From an uncultured archaeon (GTDB lineage: Archaea; Asgardarchaeota; Thorarchaeia; Thorarchaeales; Thorarchaeaceae): a stretch of 26,547 nt of DNA. The position numbers were made by a program, and so were the translations under genes. Position 1 is the first letter of the stretch, and the number at the start of each line of letters is the position of its first letter. The notes beneath the pieces are model-generated. The model did no database searches. It was not told the DNA's origin and was given only the letters and a program-made list of their open reading frames with translations. Shown one piece after another: positions 9,207 to 17,629 of the stretch. The stretch spans positions 1 to 26,547 of the forward strand of contig CAZPWM010000039.1 of NCBI GenBank assembly GCA_964590575.1, given 5' to 3'.

Positions 9207-10160
9207 TTAGCTTCTCTTGTGTCGGGTGAAACCTGAACAAGCATATGATTTGATGCCTTCTTTTTCGAGCTCATCTAGAATCAGGTTCATTCCAATGGAA
9301 TCTGAGCTATCATGTCCGGCAATCACAACATAGAGTCCCTCTTCCTCGCAAACTGTCTTGAGGTTATCCGGCATATGCATTGTGACTATTGTACTCACTC
9401 CTGCTCGAGCTAATTTCGGAATCGATTTGGGTCCAGCGGAGGTTCCTCCAGTGAAGAAGACAAATTTCTCTCCGACACTTCCACTTGAGCTACCTACCAG
9501 GATCTCTGGACCTGCTCCTACCTTCTCAGCCTCCTGGTACTCAGGAATCTCAAGCAGGACTTCAACAAGGTCTCCCAAGGTCTGTGGATTATTGTCCATT
9601 AGATATTTGGTGAGAAATTGGTACCCCAGTGAGTCCGCTGGTGTATGTGAACACATGAATGGCATATCAAGCAACTTAGCTGCATCTGTTGTCTGCGTGT
9701 GGTTACTCGCTTTTGTGTTAAAATGCACCTCTTTCATCCGTGCAGCCATAGCTGATTCAGCTTGAGCTATAGGTACACCTAATGCTGCCCATTGTTCAGG
9801 TTGGATTCTCATCACATAGTCTAGATTCGAGATACCAATACCATGTGGATGATGTGCTAGAACCAAATCAACTTGGTCCCCCTTCTGAGTTAATCGGTCT
9901 GCAAGGACAATTTCTCCAGTTCCGATATCAATCCCACAAAGGAGACTAGAAATTTCTCTGTCTTCATCTCCATAAAGCAATCTACAGTCTGTGTAGGGGT
10001 TCCATGTGACATCCTTGTCAGCTAGCTCTTTCTTTCGACCTTCAAGCTTTTCTAGGTCTTTCTTCGATTTCTCTAGAATCTTGTTGACCCTATCCCTTCC
10101 TCTAGGATCTGCCTCGATTCCCATATCGACTATCTTTCGATAAATATTTCCGAGTTTCAT
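9207..10160 (-). CDS. NIF3-like (NGG1p-interacting factor) dinuclear metal-centre protein
   Basis: GIEADPRG, NPYTDCRLLYG, GIDI, AHHPHG, HTPAD, GGT, MHM and IAGHDSSDSIGMN metal-ligand motifs. Confidence 0.85.
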   Translation of the reverse strand: MKLGNIYRKIVDMGIEADPRGRDRVNKILEKSKKDLEKLEGRKKELADKDVTWNPYTDCRLLYGDEDREISSLLCGIDIGTGEIVLADRLTQKGDQVDLVLAHHPHGIGISNLDYVMRIQPEQWAALGVPIAQAESAMAARMKEVHFNTKASNHTQTTDAAKLLDMPFMCSHTPADSLGYQFLTKYLMDNNPQTLGDLVEVLLEIPEYQEAEKVGAGPEILVGSSSGSVGEKFVFFTGGTSAGPKSIPKLARAGVSTIVTMHMPDNLKTVCEEEGLYVVIAGHDSSDSIGMNLILDELEKEGIKSYACSGFTRHKRS

Positions 10161-10264
10161 GATTAAAGCGTTAAGTTACTTCAGTTTGAACCTTTCGACA
10201 AACGCTGAAACTAAAATACGCTACATCGAGATAAAGCTCGATGAACTTTACGTTATGTGATATG

Positions 10265-11284
10265 CTAATACCCGCGCTCAAGATCAACTATGTTTAGAAA
10301 ATCAGTTCTCCCACGTGTGAATCGGGTGATATTCTCTATAACCTCATCCCAACGTTCAAGGTCATCCATTGGAGAAGCCCCGCGGTGTGGTGATAGAACA
10401 ATGTTATCGAGCTCATGGAATGGTCTGTGGAAAGGAAATTTTCGATTGTCAACATCAGGCTCTGGTCTATATTCGTACCAAACATCAATAGCCGCCCCCG
10501 CTATTTTCTTCTCAGACAAAACGTTGAACAACGCATCCTCATCAATCACTGGCCCCCGTGCGATGTTTACTACTAATCCATCATTACCTAGCAATTCCAA
10601 TTCTCTCTGACCAATGAGTCCTAATGTGTCAGGTGTCTGTGGTACAGCCACTATCAGAGTATCGACCTCTTGGAGGAACTCGGTCAGCTGGTTTGTTTCA
10701 TATTTCTTTACAGGTGTTGGAAGAACTTCAGATTTTCCTTCCCAACTATTTCTGCATACGAAAAAATTGACATTGAAACCAGATAGGAGCTTGTGAACTT
10801 TCTGATTTACCGCACCATAACCAAGGAGGCCAATATTCCGATAGCGTAAGGGCTTTGATTTTCCATGACTATCCCCCCGCCTCCAGAGACCTTCTACCAT
10901 CCAGTTGTGATGAGGGATCACTTTGTTCGTCAGCGCCAGCAGTAAAGCAACAACATGCTGAGCAGTGAAATATGTGTTTCCATGGCCATTAACTAGAATC
11001 ACATCCCTCTTCTTCACCAACTCTCTAAATGGTTTGATATGCTGCTGCACACCAACTCCAGGGTTGATAAATAGCCTGAGATTGACTGCAGAATCCAGAA
11101 GCTCCTGAGTAGGACGCCATCCCACGATAATATTGGCATCAGGAGAATGCTTCAGAAATGCTTCTTCTGTTTCTTCCTCCGGAAATATCAGGTTCAAGTC
11201 ATCCACACTCTCAAGTCCACTGCGGAGGTATTTCTCAAGTTCCTCTCGTGGTTTCCAGATGAACAGAACATTAGTTTCTTCCAT
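10265..11284 (-). CDS. D-isomer specific 2-hydroxyacid dehydrogenase (NAD-dependent)
   Basis: IGLLGYGAV Rossmann motif, VPQTPDT.GLI, VNIARG.VIDE.AL, GAAIDVW, LSPH. ATG 11284 is preceded by GGAGGT, so it is preferred over the GTG at 11308. Confidence 0.9.
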   Translation of the reverse strand: MEETNVLFIWKPREELEKYLRSGLESVDDLNLIFPEEETEEAFLKHSPDANIIVGWRPTQELLDSAVNLRLFINPGVGVQQHIKPFRELVKKRDVILVNGHGNTYFTAQHVVALLLALTNKVIPHHNWMVEGLWRRGDSHGKSKPLRYRNIGLLGYGAVNQKVHKLLSGFNVNFFVCRNSWEGKSEVLPTPVKKYETNQLTEFLQEVDTLIVAVPQTPDTLGLIGQRELELLGNDGLVVNIARGPVIDEDALFNVLSEKKIAGAAIDVWYEYRPEPDVDNRKFPFHRPFHELDNIVLSPHRGASPMDDLERWDEVIENITRFTRGRTDFLNIVDLERGY

Positions 11285-11517
11285 GTGGAAAGACCTCCTG
11301 TGTTCCACTTAATAGCTCTTCTACAATTCCGTGTTTCTATGATATGGCAGAATAATCAACCAATCATTACAATTATTATGGAATAAAGATAATAGAATAT
11401 TGCACACTTACAATTTGAAACCGCATTTGTTTATCAGGACTCTCATCGTTAGATGTCAATTCCAAAAATACGCGCAAGAGAATAAAGAAAAGCATCTTTT
11501 TTTCAGATACTAGTAGT

Positions 11518-12759
11518 ATGTCAATCGAGCCCGTCAAACTTCAGTATATGGATAAGATTCGACTCATCAGTCGAGATGCTCGATTGACAATCGCTGCATG
11601 GATGTTTTCAGCTTTTGCTTTTGGGATCAATGATGTCTTGTTCAACCTGTATCTACTCAAGGCTGGTTTTGGTGAGGATTTCCTTGGGTTCTTCCTCTCT
11701 ATCTCTATGTTTCTAGCTGGCGGCCTAGCAATTCCAGCCGGAATGGTAGCTGATAGATATTCACGAAAGAAGGTTTTAATTGTGGCGAATTCCACCCTCT
11801 TTATTGCTATACTCATTCAATACTCTACTCTCTCCCCTCTTTACCTCCTACTATCTCAGCTTCTCTATGGAATTGGCTTTGGATTCACTAATGTCTGCTG
11901 GCAACCGTATACGGCAAGCGTCACAACTGAGGAAGAACGAGTGCATGTATTCAGTGTTCGATACGCTTTCTTTTTGGTTGCTAGTCTTCTCGGCTCATTG
12001 ACTGGGGGTTTTCTGCCAACAATATGGACCAACTTGGGAGTTGCTGTGGATTTACTGACTGCGTACAGATTTTCTTTATGGGCCGCGTTGGTCCCTCTAG
12101 CATTGGCAGTGTTAACCATTATTCCAATGACTACTGACATCGTCAACAAGAAGAGAAGGAGCTTCGGTTTTGGGAATGTCCGTAATCGAGGATTTATTGG
12201 CAAGTATGCATTAGCTTGGACAGTATCTGGTCTTGGTGCTGGCCTGTTCGTTTCTTTCTTCAATGTGTTCTTCAGTCTGGCGTTTAATGCTGACGAAACA
12301 ACCATTGGAATTATCTTCGCGTTCAATACCTTAGTCATGGCTGCAGGAAATTTTGCATCACCTGCCATAGTCGACCGATTTGGAAAGCTTGCAACAATAA
12401 TTTGGTTCCAAGTTGCATCAGTACCATTTCTCCTGTCGCTTGCTTGGTCGCCAATACTCTACTTTGCAGTTTTCGGATTTGTAGGCCGTGCTTTGTTCAT
12501 GAACATCGCATGGCCAGTGATGGATGTCTTCTATATGGAGGGTCTTGAAAAAGAAGAACAATCAACCGCGATGGGGGTCATCAACACAGGAGACTCCCTC
12601 AGTCGTGCTGTAGGTCTAAACATTGGGGGATGGTTGCTGGCTGCTGGATTTCTAAGAGTTCCGTATCTATACGCTACTATCCTTTATACTGCCAGTATTG
12701 TCTTGTTCTATTGGTTCTTTGGAAGATCGAATGTGGATACCCTTTCAGTTGAGGAATGA
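11518..12759 (+). CDS. MFS transporter
   Basis: About 12 hydrophobic segments, with MFS motif A in both halves (GMVADRYSRK; AIVDRFGK). Confidence 0.92.
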   Translation: MSIEPVKLQYMDKIRLISRDARLTIAAWMFSAFAFGINDVLFNLYLLKAGFGEDFLGFFLSISMFLAGGLAIPAGMVADRYSRKKVLIVANSTLFIAILIQYSTLSPLYLLLSQLLYGIGFGFTNVCWQPYTASVTTEEERVHVFSVRYAFFLVASLLGSLTGGFLPTIWTNLGVAVDLLTAYRFSLWAALVPLALAVLTIIPMTTDIVNKKRRSFGFGNVRNRGFIGKYALAWTVSGLGAGLFVSFFNVFFSLAFNADETTIGIIFAFNTLVMAAGNFASPAIVDRFGKLATIIWFQVASVPFLLSLAWSPILYFAVFGFVGRALFMNIAWPVMDVFYMEGLEKEEQSTAMGVINTGDSLSRAVGLNIGGWLLAAGFLRVPYLYATILYTASIVLFYWFFGRSNVDTLSVEE

Positions 12760-12765
12760 AATAAG

Positions 12766-12867
12766 GTGTGGCCAGGAGGCGGCAGAGCTCAATGTGGTAG
12801 GAGGGGGGGGAGTTATGTAATGAGGGCATGTTACGAAAACAAGGCCCTACCGATTCTCTGACCACAC
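12766..12867 (-). ncRNA. Candidate structured small RNA
   Basis: Two nested stems (10 bp and 9 bp) whose three non-Watson-Crick pairs are all G-U only on the minus strand. TATA-like AAGCTTAATA lies about 25 nt upstream. No family recognised. Confidence 0.5.
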
Positions 12868-12888
12868 ATGATGTATGTATTTGGAACC

Positions 12889-12898
12889 TATTAAGCTT
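12889..12898 (-). promoter_or_regulatory. BRE/TATA-like promoter element for the candidate ncRNA
   Basis: Minus strand AAGCTTAATA resembles boxes upstream of other genes here, e.g. AAAGGTAATA (15210-15201) and AAGGTTTATG (20073-20064). Confidence 0.45.
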
Positions 12899-12957
12899 GC
12901 TCTTCTATGTAGAAAGTGATATCGTTATGTACGACTCTACCAATCGCTATTCAATAA

Positions 12958-15183
12958 CTATAGAATGGGTATTTCAATCTCGAATGTTGTTTTCCTTTCA
13001 TTCAGTAGCTTGATAGTCCATCCATGAGCTTCAACAAGATGCTTGACGATAGCAAGACCATATCCTTGTCCGTTTTTGCTTGTAGTGAAACCTCGCTGAA
13101 AGATTTTAGACCGCTGTGTTGCAGGTATCGCTTTCCCATCATTTGTTACTTTGATACGATATACCATATCAGTCTTTGATACTCTCACATCTATGGTACG
13201 TGGTTGTCCATGTTGAATCGCGTTATCGAAGAGGTTTCGAAAGATTTGTGCGACCTTTCGTTGGTCCGCACTAACCATGGGCAGTTCCTCTTGAGAATAG
13301 CATACGTTCTCTGGGATGATTGAATCCGCAACCTCCTTTACTAAAGGAGTCAGTTCAACATTTACCGTTTCTTCAATTACTAGCCCTGCATCAGCAAGCG
13401 CAACCGAGTGGTCCAACATTTCACCGGTTTCATTCAACAGACTCTTGAGCCGCATAAGATGACTGTAATTCTGTTCTTCTTGAGTCAGTTCTATAAAACC
13501 TAGCATATTTTGAAAGATATTCTTCAAGTCATGACTCATACTATGGGCAAAGTCGCTAAGTTCTTCTTTCTGTTTTTTCAACATCTCAAGAGCTTCGTGC
13601 TGCTCTGTGATATCCACAATAACCCCTTCAATGTAACCTCTATCTGGCCAGTGGCTTAGTGAGAACCGCATCCATATATGTTCCCCATCTCTTCTTGATA
13701 CAGGGAGCTCAGTAACAATACGCTGGTCCTCACGAAGCTTGTTCTTCAGATCTTCCCATTCTTTTTGCTGAAGGAGGATGCTCTTGATTGAATTAGTTCC
13801 ATCTATAATCAAACCCTTCTTTTCATAGCCTAATTTCTTTGCAAATTGGTCATTGCACTCCAGAATCATTCCATCTGATATTCTAACCCTAAACAACCCT
13901 ACAAGGGCATTATTGTACAATTCCTTATAGCTCTCTCTACTTTCCATTAGCGCTTTTTCAGCTAGAACTCTATCTGTAACATTCTGTACATGGATAATGA
14001 ATCCTTGGAGGTCTTCTTCTTTCCCATATTTGATTGGTGAATAGACACAATCAATGTGCATGATGCCACTTTTACTCGTCTTATAGAGGTCATGAACTTT
14101 GACTTTCGAGAAATCAAATCGATACTCGGTCATCGCCATCTCTCCCCTACGAAGACTGTCCTTCACAAACTCAGGAGTGTTGGGATCACCGAATAGATCG
14201 AAACCGATAAATTCCTCTAGGGCACTAACCCCGAAAAGTTCAAGGGCGGCCATATTTGCACCCACAAGGATACCATCTGAGTCAAAGAGTTCGATGCAGA
14301 TTGGTGACTCTTCGAAAATCGTACGAAACATCTCTTCGTTAGCACTGAGTGCGTTTTCCTGTAGTATTCTCTCAGTGATGTCTTGGACTATCCCCATCAT
14401 CCGAACTGCTCTGCCTTCATCATCATATGTCACTTCACCTAATTCATGCACAAAACGAACTTTGCCATCTCTGTGCAAAACACGATGATCAATACTGTAT
14501 TTCTGCTTCTCATGAATTGCCTTGTCTACTGATTCATGAACAAATTCTCTATCATCCTTGTGAACTGAGTTCAGAAATGCCTCGTAGGTGGCCTCAAATT
14601 CTTGTGGGGCTAATCCGAATATTCGATAAATCTCATCTGACCAAACGATATTATCCTCAAGGATATTCCAATCCCAGTGTCCTATATGCGCAATCCGTTG
14701 TGCCTCTGCAAGTTTAGCTTCACTCTCTCGAAGTCTGTGTTCAGACTCAACGAGTGCCCTCTCAGTCCTACGTTTCTTAACTGCTGTAAGAATGTAGTGG
14801 GAGAGCTCAGCATACAAGCCTTCAATCTTTGATGAACTTTTTCGGATGTAGTAGTCTGCTCCAAGATTGAGCGCTTGAATCGCTATTTCTTCTCGACTCT
14901 TCCCAGTGAATATGATGACAGGAATATCAATCTCATTAGCCCTGACCTGCCTCAGTATCTCGAGACCTGTTGGTTGGTTCTGGCCAAGGTCGATGTCACA
15001 AACTGCAGCATCGAATTGATCCTCGAGAAGGAGATTCATTGCCTCCTCTGAAGTTTCCACTGGTACAATTTCGTACTCTGAACTCTGACGTTTCAAGAAT
15101 TGCTCACTGAGTTCTAGATGCACGGGGTCGTCGTCAATCATTAGAACACGAATAGCCATCTTTGCTCTCAGCCCCATACACAC
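12958..15183 (-). CDS. Hybrid sensor histidine kinase (REC-PAS-PAS-PAS-HisKA-HATPase)
   Basis: N-terminal receiver domain (MIDDD, CDIDL, FTG, YIRK), PAS/PAC repeats (IGHWDW..WSDEIYRIFG..VHKDDRE), H-box SHDLKN, N-box FRNLFDNAIQH, NDGKAI, GFTTS..GQGYGL. The start may be 15177 or 15159. Confidence 0.95.
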   Translation of the reverse strand: MCMGLRAKMAIRVLMIDDDPVHLELSEQFLKRQSSEYEIVPVETSEEAMNLLLEDQFDAAVCDIDLGQNQPTGLEILRQVRANEIDIPVIIFTGKSREEIAIQALNLGADYYIRKSSSKIEGLYAELSHYILTAVKKRRTERALVESEHRLRESEAKLAEAQRIAHIGHWDWNILEDNIVWSDEIYRIFGLAPQEFEATYEAFLNSVHKDDREFVHESVDKAIHEKQKYSIDHRVLHRDGKVRFVHELGEVTYDDEGRAVRMMGIVQDITERILQENALSANEEMFRTIFEESPICIELFDSDGILVGANMAALELFGVSALEEFIGFDLFGDPNTPEFVKDSLRRGEMAMTEYRFDFSKVKVHDLYKTSKSGIMHIDCVYSPIKYGKEEDLQGFIIHVQNVTDRVLAEKALMESRESYKELYNNALVGLFRVRISDGMILECNDQFAKKLGYEKKGLIIDGTNSIKSILLQQKEWEDLKNKLREDQRIVTELPVSRRDGEHIWMRFSLSHWPDRGYIEGVIVDITEQHEALEMLKKQKEELSDFAHSMSHDLKNIFQNMLGFIELTQEEQNYSHLMRLKSLLNETGEMLDHSVALADAGLVIEETVNVELTPLVKEVADSIIPENVCYSQEELPMVSADQRKVAQIFRNLFDNAIQHGQPRTIDVRVSKTDMVYRIKVTNDGKAIPATQRSKIFQRGFTTSKNGQGYGLAIVKHLVEAHGWTIKLLNERKTTFEIEIPIL

Positions 15184-15298
15184 ACTATTATCTGCCTTCT
15201 TATTACCTTTGACGCTTCAAACTTTATGGGGGTAAATATCTGCAAACCTTATATCTGTCCAGATACTCTCTCCTGTATAGTTAGGGAGGTTACTCTTA

Positions 15299-16687
15299 TT
15301 GGGAATCCCATTCTTTGATGGTATCGGTGTCTTCTTTGGAAAAAGGAGATATCTAGCTTATTTCATTGTGTTTGTCGCAACTACCTTTCTCGGTCTATTC
15401 ATGTCTTGGTTAATGAGTACATACGCTGGCACAGCTCTTGAGGCAACTCTAGTGTACTTGTTTGCTTACATTGGCTCTGCAGGTACAATCTACTTTGCCT
15501 TTGGATCACTACTCACTGGCATTGGTATTGACCGACTATGGATTACAAGACGTGGTCGAGGAAGAACCACTGAACTGAAAGGTCTCAGTTGGATGGCTGT
15601 TTCATTTGCTATCTCGGTGTTCCTTTCAATTTTAACTGGTCCCATTACCATGCTCTTCTTTGCGATTTTCGGCTGGGTTGGTTGGATTGCTTTTCAAGGC
15701 TATCTCTCCACTAGAACAAGTTTGAGAATCGCTACAATTGCAGAACCTAAGAAAGGTGGTTTCCTACTAGGGACGGGGAGCTTTATTCTCCTTCTCATTG
15801 GTCTAGTTTTAATTGGCGCAGAAGCCCTTCTTGCTCTGTATTTGGTTCCAAATAACATACTAGGCATTGGTACTTTAATTGATGGCATCTTTTCGCAAGC
15901 GTCAGCTAATCTTGCTACTCAATTCAACTTTCTAATCGTAGCGTATGCTGCAATGGGTCTGTTTGCACTTGTGATGCTACTCTCATTTATCCGGAATGCC
16001 GGGAAAGGAGCAGCTTTGAACATTGCACTTCTAACCAACTTCATTGCTATCTATTCTGGGTACTTTCTAGTCAATGTGATGAGAAGAAACGCAATATTTG
16101 GAACTTCTCCCGTGGATATTGCTATGTCTTTATTCTTCTTGGCATATGCATTGAGTGGAATTGGTCGAACCGCTACTGAAGCTGCTGAAAAGCCTGGAGG
16201 ACGAACGGGTGATTTTGGACCCCTTGTCACATTCTTCTTGGCGAGCGGTTTCTTCTTTGTAGATAGCATAATCGCTGTAGCTTCAAATCCCGCAACTCTG
16301 ATCTGGAATTGGTTCGATGCTGGTATTCTTGCTGATCCACGATTTCTATTCCTCTTCAGAGACGTCGCGAAATTGATTGCTTTCCCATTAGCTGCCATCT
16401 TTACTGCAGTTTATTATCTACGCCATGAGCGTACAGAACGTATTGTGACTCGAGCAAGGGAAACAGGTGAAACATTTGATCCTGATGAAGTTGACAAAGA
16501 GATTGCGGAAAAAATCCCAGATTCTGGTGAATCTTGGACAAGTGAGAGAGCTGCGGGAATCAAGGAAGGGAAACCTGGACATGATCTCTCCGCACCAGAT
16601 TCACGGAGGTTGTCAATTGACGATAGTCGTCGTCTAGGCAAAGCAAAGCGCCTTGGTGATGACGATGAGGACGACGCAAGCAATTAG
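15299..16687 (+). CDS. Polytopic membrane protein of unknown function with a charged C-terminal tail
   Basis: 462 aa, roughly 10-11 hydrophobic segments, then an acidic/basic low-complexity tail. GGAGG SD at about 15285 and TATA-like AAACCTTATA at 15244-15253. Confidence 0.85.
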   Translation: MGIPFFDGIGVFFGKRRYLAYFIVFVATTFLGLFMSWLMSTYAGTALEATLVYLFAYIGSAGTIYFAFGSLLTGIGIDRLWITRRGRGRTTELKGLSWMAVSFAISVFLSILTGPITMLFFAIFGWVGWIAFQGYLSTRTSLRIATIAEPKKGGFLLGTGSFILLLIGLVLIGAEALLALYLVPNNILGIGTLIDGIFSQASANLATQFNFLIVAYAAMGLFALVMLLSFIRNAGKGAALNIALLTNFIAIYSGYFLVNVMRRNAIFGTSPVDIAMSLFFLAYALSGIGRTATEAAEKPGGRTGDFGPLVTFFLASGFFFVDSIIAVASNPATLIWNWFDAGILADPRFLFLFRDVAKLIAFPLAAIFTAVYYLRHERTERIVTRARETGETFDPDEVDKEIAEKIPDSGESWTSERAAGIKEGKPGHDLSAPDSRRLSIDDSRRLGKAKRLGDDDEDDASN

Positions 16688-16698
16688 TGTACTGGAAT

Positions 16699-16736
16699 GA
16701 GGGTCTCTTATTGACCCTCTCTTCCGCTCTTTTTTA
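16699..16736 (+). terminator. Hairpin plus pyrimidine/U-tract terminator
   Basis: GAGGGTC-tcttatt-GACCCTC (7-bp stem), then tcttccgctc and a T-run, directly after the stop at 16687. Confidence 0.65.
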
Positions 16737-16780
16737 TGACTGCAAAAAATATCCTTCGTATTGCATTATTTCGATTTAAA

Positions 16781-16930
16781 CTACAGAACCATTGCCACCA
16801 TCAAGAAAATCGTGAACAAGATTGATACCAATGCACAGTTAACACAAAGTCCTTCCTTGATTTCTTTCTTGTCTTGTGGGCTCAATTTCTGAGATTCCGC
16901 AACTTCCTCATCTTTTTTCTTATCAGTCAC
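16781..16930 (-). CDS. 49-aa small tail-anchored membrane protein (not in the ORF track)
   Basis: GTG start with GGAGG 7 nt upstream and TATA-like CTTTAATA at about 16977-16970. Translation: MTDKKKDEEVAESQKLSPQDKKEIKEGLCVNCALVSILFTIFLMVAMVL*. Confidence 0.75.
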   Translation of the reverse strand: MTDKKKDEEVAESQKLSPQDKKEIKEGLCVNCALVSILFTIFLMVAMVL

Positions 16931-16998
16931 TTGCAAGCCTCCTGAATACAGAATGATTTGAATAAGGCGTATTAAAGGTACGTGTTCTACTAGAAACT

Positions 16999-17496
16999 CT
17001 ACTTCGTCAGAATTTTCTCGAACTCAATTTCATCAGTTATTGGGATTTCATTTATGCCTATAAGAGGAATCTCAGGCTTTAGTTTCCTGGATCCAGTGAC
17101 CGCATCCTTGTGAACTTTTGCTAGTGTCAACCCCAAGGATCGATAGAAACTCAGTGCCTGTAGGTTGTCGTTTGTTGTGATTACCCAAACGCGATAGCAC
17201 TGAAGAGATTTTGCTTCTTCAAATAATGCGTATACTAGAGCTCGCCCTATTCCCTCTCCTTGTTTGAGAACATTCAAGGTTACTATTTCGAGCATATTCT
17301 CATTTATTTTCCAAGTGATTATCCCGACTTTTTGCCCGTCAATCTCAGCAATGAATCCTGGAAGTCTATCAGCGTGATGAATAGTTCCTCTGGTCACAAC
17401 CCTACTAGATCCCCAATTCTCCCTGAGGATTTTCTGAACCCACTCTTTGTCTGAATCATCGATTTTTCGAATGATGTATTTGTTAGTATGATTCAG
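16999..17496 (-). CDS. GNAT family N-acetyltransferase (start uncertain: CTG 17496, or ATG 17503 with a frameshift)
   Basis: EIVTLN...QGEGIGRALV and VITTNDNLQALSFY. The in-frame upstream segment YIIRKIDDSDKEWVQKILRENWGSSRVVTRG reads as the typical GNAT beta1/alpha1 region. Confidence 0.85.
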   Translation of the reverse strand: MNHTNKYIIRKIDDSDKEWVQKILRENWGSSRVVTRGTIHHADRLPGFIAEIDGQKVGIITWKINENMLEIVTLNVLKQGEGIGRALVYALFEEAKSLQCYRVWVITTNDNLQALSFYRSLGLTLAKVHKDAVTGSRKLKPEIPLIGINEIPITDEIEFEKILTK

Positions 17497-17629
17497 TTTC
17501 CATCCCTATACAAGAATAGTGGAAATTAGAAGATAAAGCCTCTCTAGTGTACACGCCCCAAATGATTTATGCCAACACGTTCTATATGCATTCTGAGAGG
17601 AGGAATCTCTAATTTACAACTACGCTGAA

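Noticed and set aside
12796-12811. G8 run as a phase-variation tract or G-quadruplex
   Set aside because: It is not within a supported CDS or promoter spacer, and it lacks four clean G3 runs.
12677-13013. ORFs 12677..12865 (-) and 12828..13013 (+)
   Set aside because: Both overlap real genes in antisense, have no SD and show no protein-like composition. The structured-RNA reading explains the region better, though a leaderless 12865 ORF is not formally excluded.
9358-16683. Long antisense ORFs (e.g. 9358-9765, 10290-10610, 11865-12368, 14099-14488, 16051-16398)
   Set aside because: These are shadows of well-supported genes on the opposite strand and contain no motifs of their own.
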